From contig NGBS01000875.1 in the NCBI GenBank assembly GCA_002245135.1, positions 124,001 to 188,000 of the forward strand: 64,000 nt of DNA, given 5' to 3'. A program made the position numbers and the translations under genes. Shown here in pieces: positions 15,365 through 26,996 of this stretch (its first letter is position 1; each line of letters opens with the position of its first letter). The notes beneath the pieces are model-generated. The model was given only the letters and a program-made list of their open reading frames with translations. It was not told the DNA's origin and made no database searches. Source of the stretch: Proteromonas lacertae. Taxonomy: Eukaryota.

Positions 15365-18300
15365 TCACAAGCCAATTCGTTTAGGTGTATATCTTCGATT
15401 ACTATTTACTTTACCAGGTGTAGCTATTTGAGAACGTTTAGATTTGGGAGGAGGCATTATACTCTTCTCATTATCTTTCTTTCTTAATTCAGATAATCTT
15501 TCTTCTTCTTCCATTTCTTTCAACTTCTCTTTTTCCATCTTTTTCTTCTCCAATCTTGTCTTTGGATCATTTATACTGAAGAATTTATCACCTTGATTAG
15601 CTAACCATTCTCCATCTACAGCTGTGACACAATGCATATATTCTTTACTAGTCATTACCAATTCATGATATACTACATAATCAGGAGTATATCCTAATCC
15701 ATACAAAGCAGAACCAGGATGTAAATTACATGGTATATTACTCAATAAATTCACATATTCACCTATTCCTTTCAATTTAGCAGCATTATGGAAATACGAT
15801 CCACAGATTGTTTCTCTTACTACATCCCATTCAGTACCACAAGTTTCTACTGGCAATTTCAATTGTTTCATTATATCCATTATTTGTTCTCGAATTTCTG
15901 CAGCTTTTTTCATTGATTTAGGATTTATGAAATTTTGTTCACACCAGTTTGAACTATAATTATTATTACACCATTGCTTATATGTATTTAATAAAGTCAA
16001 ATGATCACTTTCTGGTACAAAAAATTTCTCTCTTTTGCTATCAGCATCAGCTTCATTATCTTTCGGTCTATAAAAAACAGGAGGAACAGATAACATTGAA
16101 ACTATTGTAATGATTTCAGACGAACATTTATAATCTACAGAATTAACTACCATCTTTGATAATGGAGGATCTAATGGTAACTCTACCATATTCTTACCTA
16201 ATTTCGTTAATTCACCTGTATTATCTAAAGCACCTAATACCCATAGTTGATACATTGATTGTAATATATTCGCTTGAGGAGGAGAATCCATAAATGGAAA
16301 TTTCAATAAATCACTTACACCTAATGACTTTAATAATAATACAATATTTCCTAAATTCGTTCTTTGAATCTCTGGAATCTGATTGGCTAACATCTCATTA
16401 GCAAACATTAATTCAGTATATAATCTATAACAATAACCAACACCTGTTCTACCTGCTCTTCCTTTTCTTTGGTTTGCTGAAGCTTGAGATATGGGTGTAA
16501 TTTGTAAAGCATCCATACCTATACTTGGATTATATACTTTCACTTTACAATATCCACTATCTACTACATATCGAATACCATCTACAGTTAACGATGTTTC
16601 AGCTACATTTGTTGATACTATACATTTCCTTGCACCATTTGGAGCTTTCTGAAATATTCTTGCTTGTAAATCAGCTGGTAATTGAGAATACATTGGTAAT
16701 ATTAATAATGGATTTAAATTCTCTAATTTTGACATCTTTTCAGCTAATAATTCGCATGTACATTCTATATCAGCTTGACCTGTCATAAACACCAATATAT
16801 CTCCAGGAGAAGGATTACAATGGATAGTAAGTACTTGTTTCACTGCAGCATCTACATAATCTTCACAAGGACTTTTAGTATGATAAACCTCAACAGGAAA
16901 TGTTCTACCAGGTATGTGATAGACAGGAACACCTCCAAAGAAATTACTAAATTTATCACTATCCATTGTTGCACTAGTAACTATTAATTTTAAATCTTTT
17001 CGTTTTTGGATTATTGTTCTTAATATACCAAATAATACATCAGTATTGAGTGATCTTTCATGAGCTTCATCCATTATTATTACACTGTAATCTTCTAGTA
17101 ATGGATCTTTTAAACTTTCTCTTAATAATACACCATCTGTCATGTATTTAATCTTCGTATTTCTACTCGTTCTATCTTCAAATCTGATTGCATAACCAAC
17201 TATACCTCCTACATCACATCCTACTTCATTAGCGACTCGCTCTGCGACAGACATTGCTGCTACACGTCTTGGTTGAGTACAACCGATTTTACCATTATTA
17301 CTAAAACCACTTTCATATACAAATTGAGTCAATTGTGTGGTTTTACCTGAACCAGTTTCACCAACTACTACCACTATCTGATTCTCACGTATTATATTGA
17401 CAATTTCTTCTTTAACTGAATAGACAGGCAAAGATTCTCGTTGTTCTTTAATTGTATGTGTCTTTGCAAATTCACTCACTGCTTCATTGTTTGTCATATG
17501 ATCTGCATACTTTGCACCATCTCTGAATTTGCCTTCTATTAGTTGTTCTTCTTGTATATCATCTTGTTCTTTGATTTCTTTAAGTCCTAAGAGATTGCCC
17601 ATCTTTGAACCGTTTAACTCCCAGAATCTTTGTCTTCCTTTACTATTCTCTTTCTAATACAATAAATAAATAAATATATATATATATATATATAAATACT
17701 TTTATCATCATTTCTCTCACTAACGGAGATCCATTCTTCGCCAATTTTGCAAAATCAGAACTTTCATCTTTCACAGTACTTACCATCTTCTTCTGTGTAG
17801 TAAAAGTCACTCTTCCATCTAAGAATGGTGGTTTAATTGCATGAACTATAATTGATACTCTTTCTGTTCCATCATCTTCATCATTATCAAGGCCAGTATC
17901 CTCAACTATACCACTACTTGTTAATCGATTTCTTTCCCATCTTTCTTGATCTTTTAATACCATACTTTTTAAAGCAGATAATCCTCTTGGCTTCTTTTCA
18001 CCTAATGCTCTTTGTTTTTCCATTAGTTTTTCTTTTTCTTTTAATTTATTTTCATCACCAATGAAAGGGTTGTATGAGTCAATATCTACTGCATCTTCAT
18101 TCTATTTATATTATAATATTAAATAATAATAATAATTTATACAAGATAAAAACTTCTATCAAAATCTTCATTTTTCATATTATACGATTTATTCATTTGT
18201 TCCCATGTATTATCATTATTTCCATCTCTTCGTGGAGTTCTTTCCCATTCATTTCCACTAGTTTCTTTAATTGAACTACTCATTATCCACTTACCATTAG

Positions 18301-19263
18301 AAGATGATGATGTTATTGGAGTAGAATTTCTTATTGATATTGATGATGATGATGGAGTTTTGTTATTATTGATACTTCTACTACTATTTGATGTTCTTAT
18401 TGTTGATAATCTTTCAGGTCTTTCCCATTCATTCGTATCTATTCCAATACCACTTCTTTGTATTTCTTCACTATCACTGTTATTCCTACTGCTGCTATTG
18501 CTATGATGATGACTAGAATGATGGTGGTGATGGTGATGGTGATGATGGTTATGGTTATTATCATTAATAGCCATTCCATGATGTTGTTGTTCTCTACGTT
18601 TCTTGATTATTCGTTCTTCTGCATCTTTATCTAAACCTGGTGTATGTGAAGGAGTTTCTAATACCCTTTCACGATATGATCTCTTCATTTTGTGAGAATC
18701 AATTCTGTTATGGTTGTTATTATTATTTTCATTGATTTCTTTTTCTTTTTCTTTATTTTCTAATTTTATTTGGTTTGAGAGATTGTCTAAACCTAGTGAA
18801 GATGTTAATGACTGTTTTTTCTTTGATTTGTTCGGATTTTTTATTATCAGTCCACCTTCTTCATCTTCATAAACTGTTCCTTTATGATGTTCAACATCTC
18901 CAAATATGTTTAAATCAGCATTCTTGTTATTTGGATTATTTTGTTCTTCAATGGATTGAATCTATAACTATATAAAAATGTAGAAAAATATACACGTTCG
19001 ATTAAGGAGGATTTTGTGTCATTCACTTTCTTGTATATTGAAAAAAGAGTGGTGTTGTTTTTAAGACCATAATCACCACATGCTTCTTTAAATACATTAA
19101 AATCATTATTTCGCAAAGCAAAACGAATTACATCTTTACCAAGTGTTGTATTTACGTCTTTTAACTCCAATTCTTTTGATACATCTACTGCCACATCATT
19201 GATTAGTTCTGATTGTTGCAAAATAGCTTCTTCTGCTTTAAATAAGGTTGATCCATAATTCAT
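15365..19263 (-). CDS. DHX38: Pre-mRNA splicing DEAH-box helicase PRP16/DHX38
   Basis: [41 protein letters not shown]16-specific [16 protein letters not shown] and [16 protein letters not shown]-terminal exons join in frame across short introns. Confidence 0.93.
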
Positions 19264-19351
19264 TTCAATCAAAAAAAAAGATGGTCAAAAAGTCACTTTT
19301 GATTTGGCTTGAGCCACAAAAAATTCTTTATTTTTGTTTTTTGATTTTAAG

Positions 19352-20016
19352 ATGAAGTTATTAGCTCTTTGTATGTTGAGATGGAATGATGAAGTAAACA
19401 CCGAACCAATATTTTTGTGTAGCGATTTTGAATTATCGAGTTTTACTTTTTTTCAAAGATCAACGTATATACCAGTATTTTATACATTTAAAGTGTTCAA
19501 CAAACTTTGACATTCGCAGCTAGATTAGTAGCAAAACGAACTCCAGCTGGGACAAGAATGCCAGTAGAACATCAAGGTTATATGTGTTACAGTTATCGTC
19601 ATAGTGATGGTTTAACTTGTATAGCGATATGTGACAAAGAATATCCTGAGAGAGTTGCTTTTTCAATTGGTTGGCAATTAATCCAAGACTTTGAAAGTCA
19701 ATACACGAAAGATCGTTGGATAGGAGTAATGACTGATAATACATTACCACTAAAGAACCTACATGATACATTAATCAAAGCTCAAAACCCAGCTGATATT
19801 GATCAATTAACCAAAGTACAAGATCAACTAGATGAAACAAAGAAAGTGGCAATTAAATCATTAGATGCATTATTAGAAAGAGGAGAATCATTAGAACAGT
19901 TGGCAGATAAGAGTAATGATCTAAATATGCGTATATTGTTATATATTTATTATAATCATTTAGAAGCGAAAGTATTTGTAAAATCAACTCCTAGTGGATG
20001 TTGTGTAATCTTCTAA
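19352..20016 (+). CDS. YKT6: Longin R-SNARE YKT6
   Basis: ATG 19352; introns 19465-19493 and 19931-19963. LSSFTFFQRS, DKEYPERVAF, LLERGESLEQL, and C-terminal CCVIF lipidation motif. Confidence 0.93.
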
Positions 20017-20254
20017 AATAGTTATTTGTATACATTGATAATCTTATAATTATTTTATTGTTTTATTTGTATAGTTTTTGTATTTTGTAATTCAAATAAT
20101 TTAAGCTTAAGTGTAAAATGAATTTATGAATTAATTTGATGAAAAATTCATCCAATAAAAAACAATCAAACTGGTGTAAAAAAGCTTGAAATTTTGAATT
20201 ACTTGATCATCTTCATAATATAGTGAGTATAGTTGTATTCAGAGGTTTAAATCA

Positions 20255-23200
20255 ATGAGTGAATTTTCAGAATGGTTGAATAAAAACAACTATGAAGTAT
20301 AAATCCTTATTATTTATGTTTTAGATAACGAATCACAAGAGTGGATGTGATATTTGTGAAATAAAGGGTGTAAATGGAGGTGCCAGGAAATTATTGAAGG
20401 TGATGAGTGTAAATAATCTAGATAAGGAAGCAGTGAAAGAAGTGGTAGATACAATGAATAGAATAAACAATTTAAACATGAATGGTTTAATGAAATACAG
20501 AATAATAGAAAGTGATGGTAATGTGTTATATCGTGTTATGAGAAGATACAAGGTTCATTTAGATGAAATAGATCCAGTTAAGTATTTTGAAGAGGATGGT
20601 CCATTTAATATATTAAATGGAATATTAGATATATTAAAGAGTTTAGATGAGAATGGAACTTTTCATAGTGATTTAAAACCATCAAATATATTCTTAAATG
20701 ATGAAAATGAAGTAGTTATTACTGATTATTGCCAAAATATATTATATAAAGGAAGGGAAGGAAGGAAAATCGATGGTAAAAGAGATAACTTATGTTTTGT
20801 TAGTGTAGATGAATTAACAGGGAAAGAGATAGATAAATCAAGTGATATTTGGAATTTTGGGTTGATATATTATTATATAAAAAGTGGTAAATATCCTTTT
20901 GTTGGATCAAATATGTTAGAGACAATAGAAAATATACGAGATGTAAAATACATACCATTGGAAGGAGAATTTAATTTGCAGTTGAATATATTCTTTAATA
21001 GGACAATATGCAAAGACAAGTCAAGACGTTATGAATTAAATAAAGTAATAGAAGAGTTGAAAAGTATAAAACATTATAAATATATCTATATAGAATTAAA
21101 CGAAGATAAACTTCCAGTAGCACCATTAGAAGATGAAGTGCTGAACGTTATAGAATGGATGGGTATAAATATATATTAATATAACGGTTGTATAGAGTAC
21201 AGAGATGATTTGATAGAAATATACAATAATAAACCTAATGAAGAAATAATATCTATATTATTAACAATGAAATTATTCAAAGAAGACACATCAATTTATA
21301 ATAAACTAAATGAAGGAAATAGTTTAGATATGAAGATATTTAATATTAATACACCCTACAATGACAAAGAGATTGTTACAATATACTCAAGTTCCATTTA
21401 TTTCAGTGAAGAAGGAATTGAATATTTTTTTAGAATGATGAAAAGAATCAATCCATCAAAACTCAAATTTTGTATAATTCAGAAATATTTAGTTATATAG
21501 ATGATGGGTTTTCAATTCCTGAGAAATATCAATCAATATTTATTTCCAAAATAACTGAATTTCCAAATCTTCAAGAATTAGATTTATCATCATGTTATCT
21601 TGCTTTCAAATTTGTAGAATTATTTGTCAAATCAATTCCTCATATGTTGAAATTAAAATATGTAAACATTTCAAGTATATATTATTCTATATTCACTTTT
21701 ATATTTGATATAGATAACCTAGTTGGTCCAGAAGGATTCAAATTATTGCTTCCACATCTAAATTTATTAATTAGTGAAGAAAATGTATTGAATATTATGG
21801 GAATGAATTTAAATGATGAATCAATGATGTTATTATCAGAAGCATTACATAAATATCCAAATCTTGAGAAGTTATACATTAACAATAACAAGAATATTCA
21901 TTCTGTTGGATTAAAAGAATTATTCTCCAAATTTCCTATTTCAAAAGTCGAATTTGATTTTAATGGAAGTAAAGAATTATTGATTGACAAAGTCATTCAA
22001 GAATTGCTCAAATACATTAAATCCAACAATGGACTATATTTCTCCAATTTAGAAATTGATGATGATTTTTTCAAATTATTTATTTCTTTAAGATCAAATG
22101 AAATGAAAGAAATAAAAAGATTGGATTTGAGTAGTATACTTTGTAATTTTTCTATTTTTTAGATAATAAACTAACATATAAAAGTGTTGAAATTCTAATA
22201 AGCAACTTATCTTCCATTTTCAAGTCTGAAAGAGCTTCTATTATATGAAAATGAAATAGGAGATAAAGGAATGAAATTATTGTCTCCTCATATTGATTTG
22301 TTAATAGATGATGATAAATGCATTAATTGTTCAAGTATTGTTATTATTTTATCTTTGATAGAAATGAGATTAACGTCAAACGGATTAAAATATGCATTAG
22401 ATGGTTTAAAGAATGTCAAATATAATTTCAAACTAGATTTACATGACAATAATATAAATTCACATGGAATAAATGATTTGATGAATTACATACAAGAAAA
22501 TAATAACATTAAAAAGTTACTTATCCATGGTATATTTATTTAATGATTAATTATTTGTTTAATAGATAATCCAATTGGTAATGTTGGTTTTGAATTGTTA
22601 TTAAGCAAGTTGGTTATGATAATGTTGGAAAATATTGAGAATATGAGTAATATATCAATAGATGATGAAAGTGTAATATTATTGTCAAAAAAGATGTATT
22701 TAGTTGATTATTTTTGTAAGACAATAAATCTAAATGGAAATAATATAAGTGGTAAAGGATTAAAAGCGATTTGTTCAAAATCGTTAGAAAAAGAATACTA
22801 CCCTTTTATTCAAATGAATTGTTCATCTTGGTCAGATGAAGAATCGAATTATTATTTTGATTATTGTGGGGAAAAAAATGGAAATAAATCAGTAGATTAT
22901 GATTTTTCTAGTATGAAATTTATATTTATAATAGAATAGATATGAATTTGAATGATTCTCACATTTCATTAATTAAACATATAAAATATGAAAATCTTGA
23001 TTTATCCAACAATAGAATTACTGCAAAAGGATTAAAAGAATTAATTGAATCATTGCCATATTATTCCAAGCATATAGCAATATTCAACAATGAAATTGGG
23101 GATGAAGGAGTTGAGATAATATGTAAACATTTAGATAAATTTGATGAAACATCATCATTAAATCTTTCAAGTATTTTATGAATATTATATTGTTTTTCAA

Positions 23201-23553
23201 TTTGAATAGATATTGGAATGAATGAAAAAGGATTAAAAACATTGATAGAAAGATTAAAAGATTATAAACCATTAAAAGAGATAAACATATCAGGAAATGT
23301 GATAAATGAAGAAGAATTAATGCTAATGAAAGTGAATAAAGTTGTGTTTGAGTGTTTAGAAGAATTATCAATAACAGTAAATGAAAATATAGATAAATTA
23401 TCATTTTTAAAAACATTTTCATCAATTTCAAGAATAAACTTAGATGTAATATCAGAAGAAGAAAATATACAATTATCAGAAGAAGAAAATATACAATTAT
23501 CAGAAGAAGACGATAGAAGAAGAGGAAACATTTTCATCTATTTCAGATTTTGA
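20255..23553 (+). CDS. Atypical Ser/Thr kinase + RI-like LRR protein (family copy 2); one +1 frame break
   Basis: Introns 20297-20324, 21064-21093, 21163-21195, 21472-21500, 21675-21713, 22134-22162, 22335-22361, 22530-22565, 22911-22939, 23171-23209. Kinase motifs HSDLKPSN, DYC, SDIWNFG; LRRs such as LQELDLSS, NEIGDEGV. Extra T at 22217-22220. Confidence 0.85.
23451..23510 (+). repeat. 24-nt tandem repeat (2.5 copies) encoding SEEENIQL
   Basis: atcagaagaagaaaatatacaatt occurs twice, followed by a 12-nt partial copy. Confidence 0.9.
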
Positions 23554-23974
23554 CCTATAAACTAAAATAAATAAATATTCGATATAAAGTATATAACAAG
23601 TGTTTTTAGAAGTAAAAACATGTCTCATAACTAAACATCATGTATATAGACTGTTTTTGTGAGATATTTATCACTACAGAATATAAATATCTTAAAGCTC
23701 AGTCAAATAAAAAGAGATTTATATATATTCATACATTTATTTAACATATTCACAACCCATTTCTCATTTACAGTTGTAGAACAGACAAAAAAATCATTTT
23801 CATTTTCAAAATGATAAATGCTTGACTCGATTTGGCTTGAATATTTGATTTTTTAATTTTGATTTTAAGATAATGTAATGGATTAAACTACTCAATTATA
23901 TTAGAATGCAAGAAAACAATGAAAATAAAACCAAAAGTAAAATAAAAAATGTGTTAAATTAAGAGTATTATTAC

Positions 23975-25145
23975 TTAATCTTCTAAATATACTGTATCTA
24001 GATAAGACCACAAACTAAACAAATCTTCAGCACCTAATTTATGAATTCCACTTATTCTATTGATTTGTTTAATGTCAACAGAGATTGGAGCAGTTAAAAT
24101 ACCTCCTTCTATCTGTTTCAGAGTAATATTGTATCTCTCAGCAATTTGACCAAAGTATGCATCATCAATATAATGTATTGGTTTTACTACTAAACCACCT
24201 TCATATACCTATAATAACAAAATGAGAATAGAATTATCAAAAAGAAATTAGTACTTTTTTAACAACATCAATTGGATAAATAAATAAACATCCTGATAAA
24301 TAATTGGGCCATTCATCTTTTGGATAGAATTCTTCAAATATTGAATTTTTATGTTTCATATCTCTTATTACACTTCCATGACGAATTATATATCCAATCG
24401 CTGTATTTTCTATTACATCTTCATCAGATTTTACTAAATTCTTATCAACAATTTGTTTGAGATTTACATACATATCCATATCAGATTTTATCATGTATTT
24501 TATATTTTCACAATTATTTAATATCCATTTATAACACAACATTGCTGTTATTGTATTATTCAAGTATGTATTTTTATGAGAAAATTGAATTATATCATTA
24601 TATTTATATAATTCATTCAGTAATAATTCATTCTCTGTATTATTATTTTCATTTGTTCCCATAAAGAATGCTAATTTGAATGTATAACCATTATATTTAT
24701 CAATTTTACCCCAAGTATTTCTCACTGAATATCTTTCTTTGAATTGATTTGGACCACAATGAATTACTAATAATATTGATGGATTTTTATTACATAAATT
24801 ATTTGGTTCGAGTACTGTATTGTATTTGGCAGGATAATGAATGGTTTGTTGTTCTTTTGTGTATGGTTCTTTCATATAATATTCAGAATATAAATCATTA
24901 TGGTTTTTATTCTTTCCAACAAAACATGATTTTGAATTGGTTCTATTTGCTTGTACACATAGGAAAAAATCTTTACTAGTAGCTGATAAAGAATCATCAT
25001 AGGCTGATTCTAAATTTGTAAAATCTGTTCTTAACATATTTCGTTTTTCTAAAGGAGGATCTGTAACAATCACATTATTCCATTCAAAGATAAAGATAAT
25101 AATTGTGAAAATTGCTGCTATACACACTATAAAAATGCTATTCAT
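23975..25145 (-). CDS. Beta-1,3-galactosyltransferase family (GT31), type II membrane protein
   Basis: N-terminal TM segment, RYSVRNTWG, YNDIIQ...TYLNNT, KSDMDMYVN, WPNYLSG. After intron 24209-24254 comes IDDAYFG; stop at 23975. Confidence 0.88.
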
Positions 25146-25187
25146 TAAATAGGTTTGACGAAGTAGATCAAGCTTTTTCTTCTAAAA
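25146..25187. promoter_or_regulatory. 42-nt bidirectional spacer between the GT31 and DGAT2 start codons, containing TGAC and TCAAGC
   Basis: Divergent ATGs at 25145 and 25188; TCAAGC at 25168-25173. Confidence 0.6.
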
Positions 25188-26376
25188 ATGGATCCATCAC
25201 CGTATCTTCATCGTCTTTGAATTTTCTCAATAGATTTAATGAGATAAAGGATATTCGTGTTTATGAAAAGGGAAAACAATATTATCTTGAAGAACATAAT
25301 GGTAAAGATCAAAGCTGGTTCAATTTTCTTTGGGCTGTGTTTACTCTTGGAATATTTTGTGGATGGTACCATATATTAGCAGTGTTGATAATTGGTTCTT
25401 TTTTCTCAACCACTTGTTTAGGTATATATGCTATTTGTGTATTATAACAGTGATATTAATCTTAATATTTGGTTCCTTATTCTTACCAGCTAAATTATAT
25501 TGGGAAAGAGCAGCTCGTTCTTTTACATTCAAAACATGGCGTGAGTTCTTTTCATTTTCTGTTATTTCTGATGGTGATTTTGATCCAGATGCAAAATATT
25601 TATACGCAGAATATCCACATGGATCTGTACCTCTTGGACCAGTGTTAGGTGGAGCTTCATTGCCAATATTTGCACATAGGATATGCATAATATCATTTTT
25701 ATAGAATAAAACTATCATCTTATAATATTCTTTAATGTTTATTTAAGCAACAACCACTCAAAGCGCATTATGTGTTCCATTATGGAGACATATCTATAAA
25801 TGGTTAGGATGTGTAGTAGCATCACGTAAGAATGTGATGAAATATATTCAAAACTATTCAATTGGTATAGTATGTGGAGGGATAGCAGAAATGTTCGAGA
25901 ATGAGATGGATAGTGATAACATCATTGGATATCGTAAAGGATATATCCGTTGTGCTGTAGAAAGTGGAACTCCTATTGTCCCAATCTATTATTTCGGAAA
26001 TGCACAATTGTTCCACTTTGGACCTAAATTCATGCAGACATTGTCTAGAAAATTGGGAGCTTCTCTTGGAATACCTTATAATGACTATTTTCTACCATTC
26101 CCAAGAAGAATTCCAATAATGTATGTAAATGGTCAACCAGTATACACTAAGAAGGTATTTATGTTATAGTTTATTAATTTTTATTGTATTTAGACAAGTC
26201 CGAGTGATGAGAATTATGAAGCTTATGTTGAAGAAATTCATCAAAAAGTTAACGATGAAATTATTGAATTGTACTATAAATATAAGGATGTGTATTATCA
26301 TGGTGAAGATCATCCTTTATATATGTACAAATCAGAGAAAGAGTTGAGTGGAGTAAATAGTAAAAAGACAAAGTAA
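25188..26376 (+). CDS. DGAT2/MOGAT-family acyltransferase
   Basis: YPHG, VPLWRH, GGIAEM, RKGYIRCA...GTPIVPIYYFG, PFPRRIP..VNGQP; C-terminal KKTK ER-retrieval motif. Introns 25202-25233, 25422-25450, 25685-25747 (GC-AG), 26155-26193. Confidence 0.88.
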
Positions 26377-26509
26377 TATTAATTAACAAATATAATTATT
26401 TGTCATATATTGCATTGTATTTCTTGTTTAAAAGATAATGAAGAAAATAAAAATGTGACATTTTGACATGTAATATTCTGTTTGATTTACATTTGAAATT
26501 TTGAAGCAT

Positions 26510-26871
26510 ATGAGTATTTTCAATCGTATTTAATAATTATAGGTGGATATAGAACAGAATTAAAAGTAGATGAAAGAGAATTCAAATCTGATTATGCTTT
26601 ACCTACAGAATTAGTGGATGAAGTATATAAATCAGTTAATCTTTAGTCAAATAGAATAGAAAGAATAGAATATTCAATTAACCAGAAATTACAGAATGAT
26701 GCTAAATCAAATAAGGATTATTTAGATACATATGTAGTGCCAACCCTATTGCTTGGTTTTACTGCACTTTCAAAAGAAAAGTATAACAAAATTGTGATTT
26801 ACAAGTATAGACCATCAAATCCACTTGAATTTTTAGGTAATTTTCTGCTAGAACACAGTGACGATGTATAA
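26510..26871 (+). CDS. DPY30: Dpy-30 motif protein (absent from the ORF track)
   Basis: Spliced product (introns 26514-26542, 26623-26646, 26781-26810) contains YLDTYVVPTLLLGFTALSKEKPSNPLEFLGNFLLEH, the Dpy-30 consensus. Confidence 0.8.
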
Positions 26872-26996
26872 TTTAATTGTTATTAATTTACATTAGTATT
26901 TATTATAGAATTTTGTTTTTATTTTTCAAACCCAAACACTACATTTTTATTTAAAACAATTAATTAATAATAAAAGAAACAAACAATTTATATTCC

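Noticed and set aside
18500..18560. Poly-His tract in PRP16
   Set aside because: Low-complexity trinucleotide expansion in a disordered region, similar to the other homopolymeric tracts in the window.
18790..18840. Suspected frameshift in the PRP16 N-terminus
   Set aside because: Recounting shows the frame is continuous ([26 protein letters not shown]).
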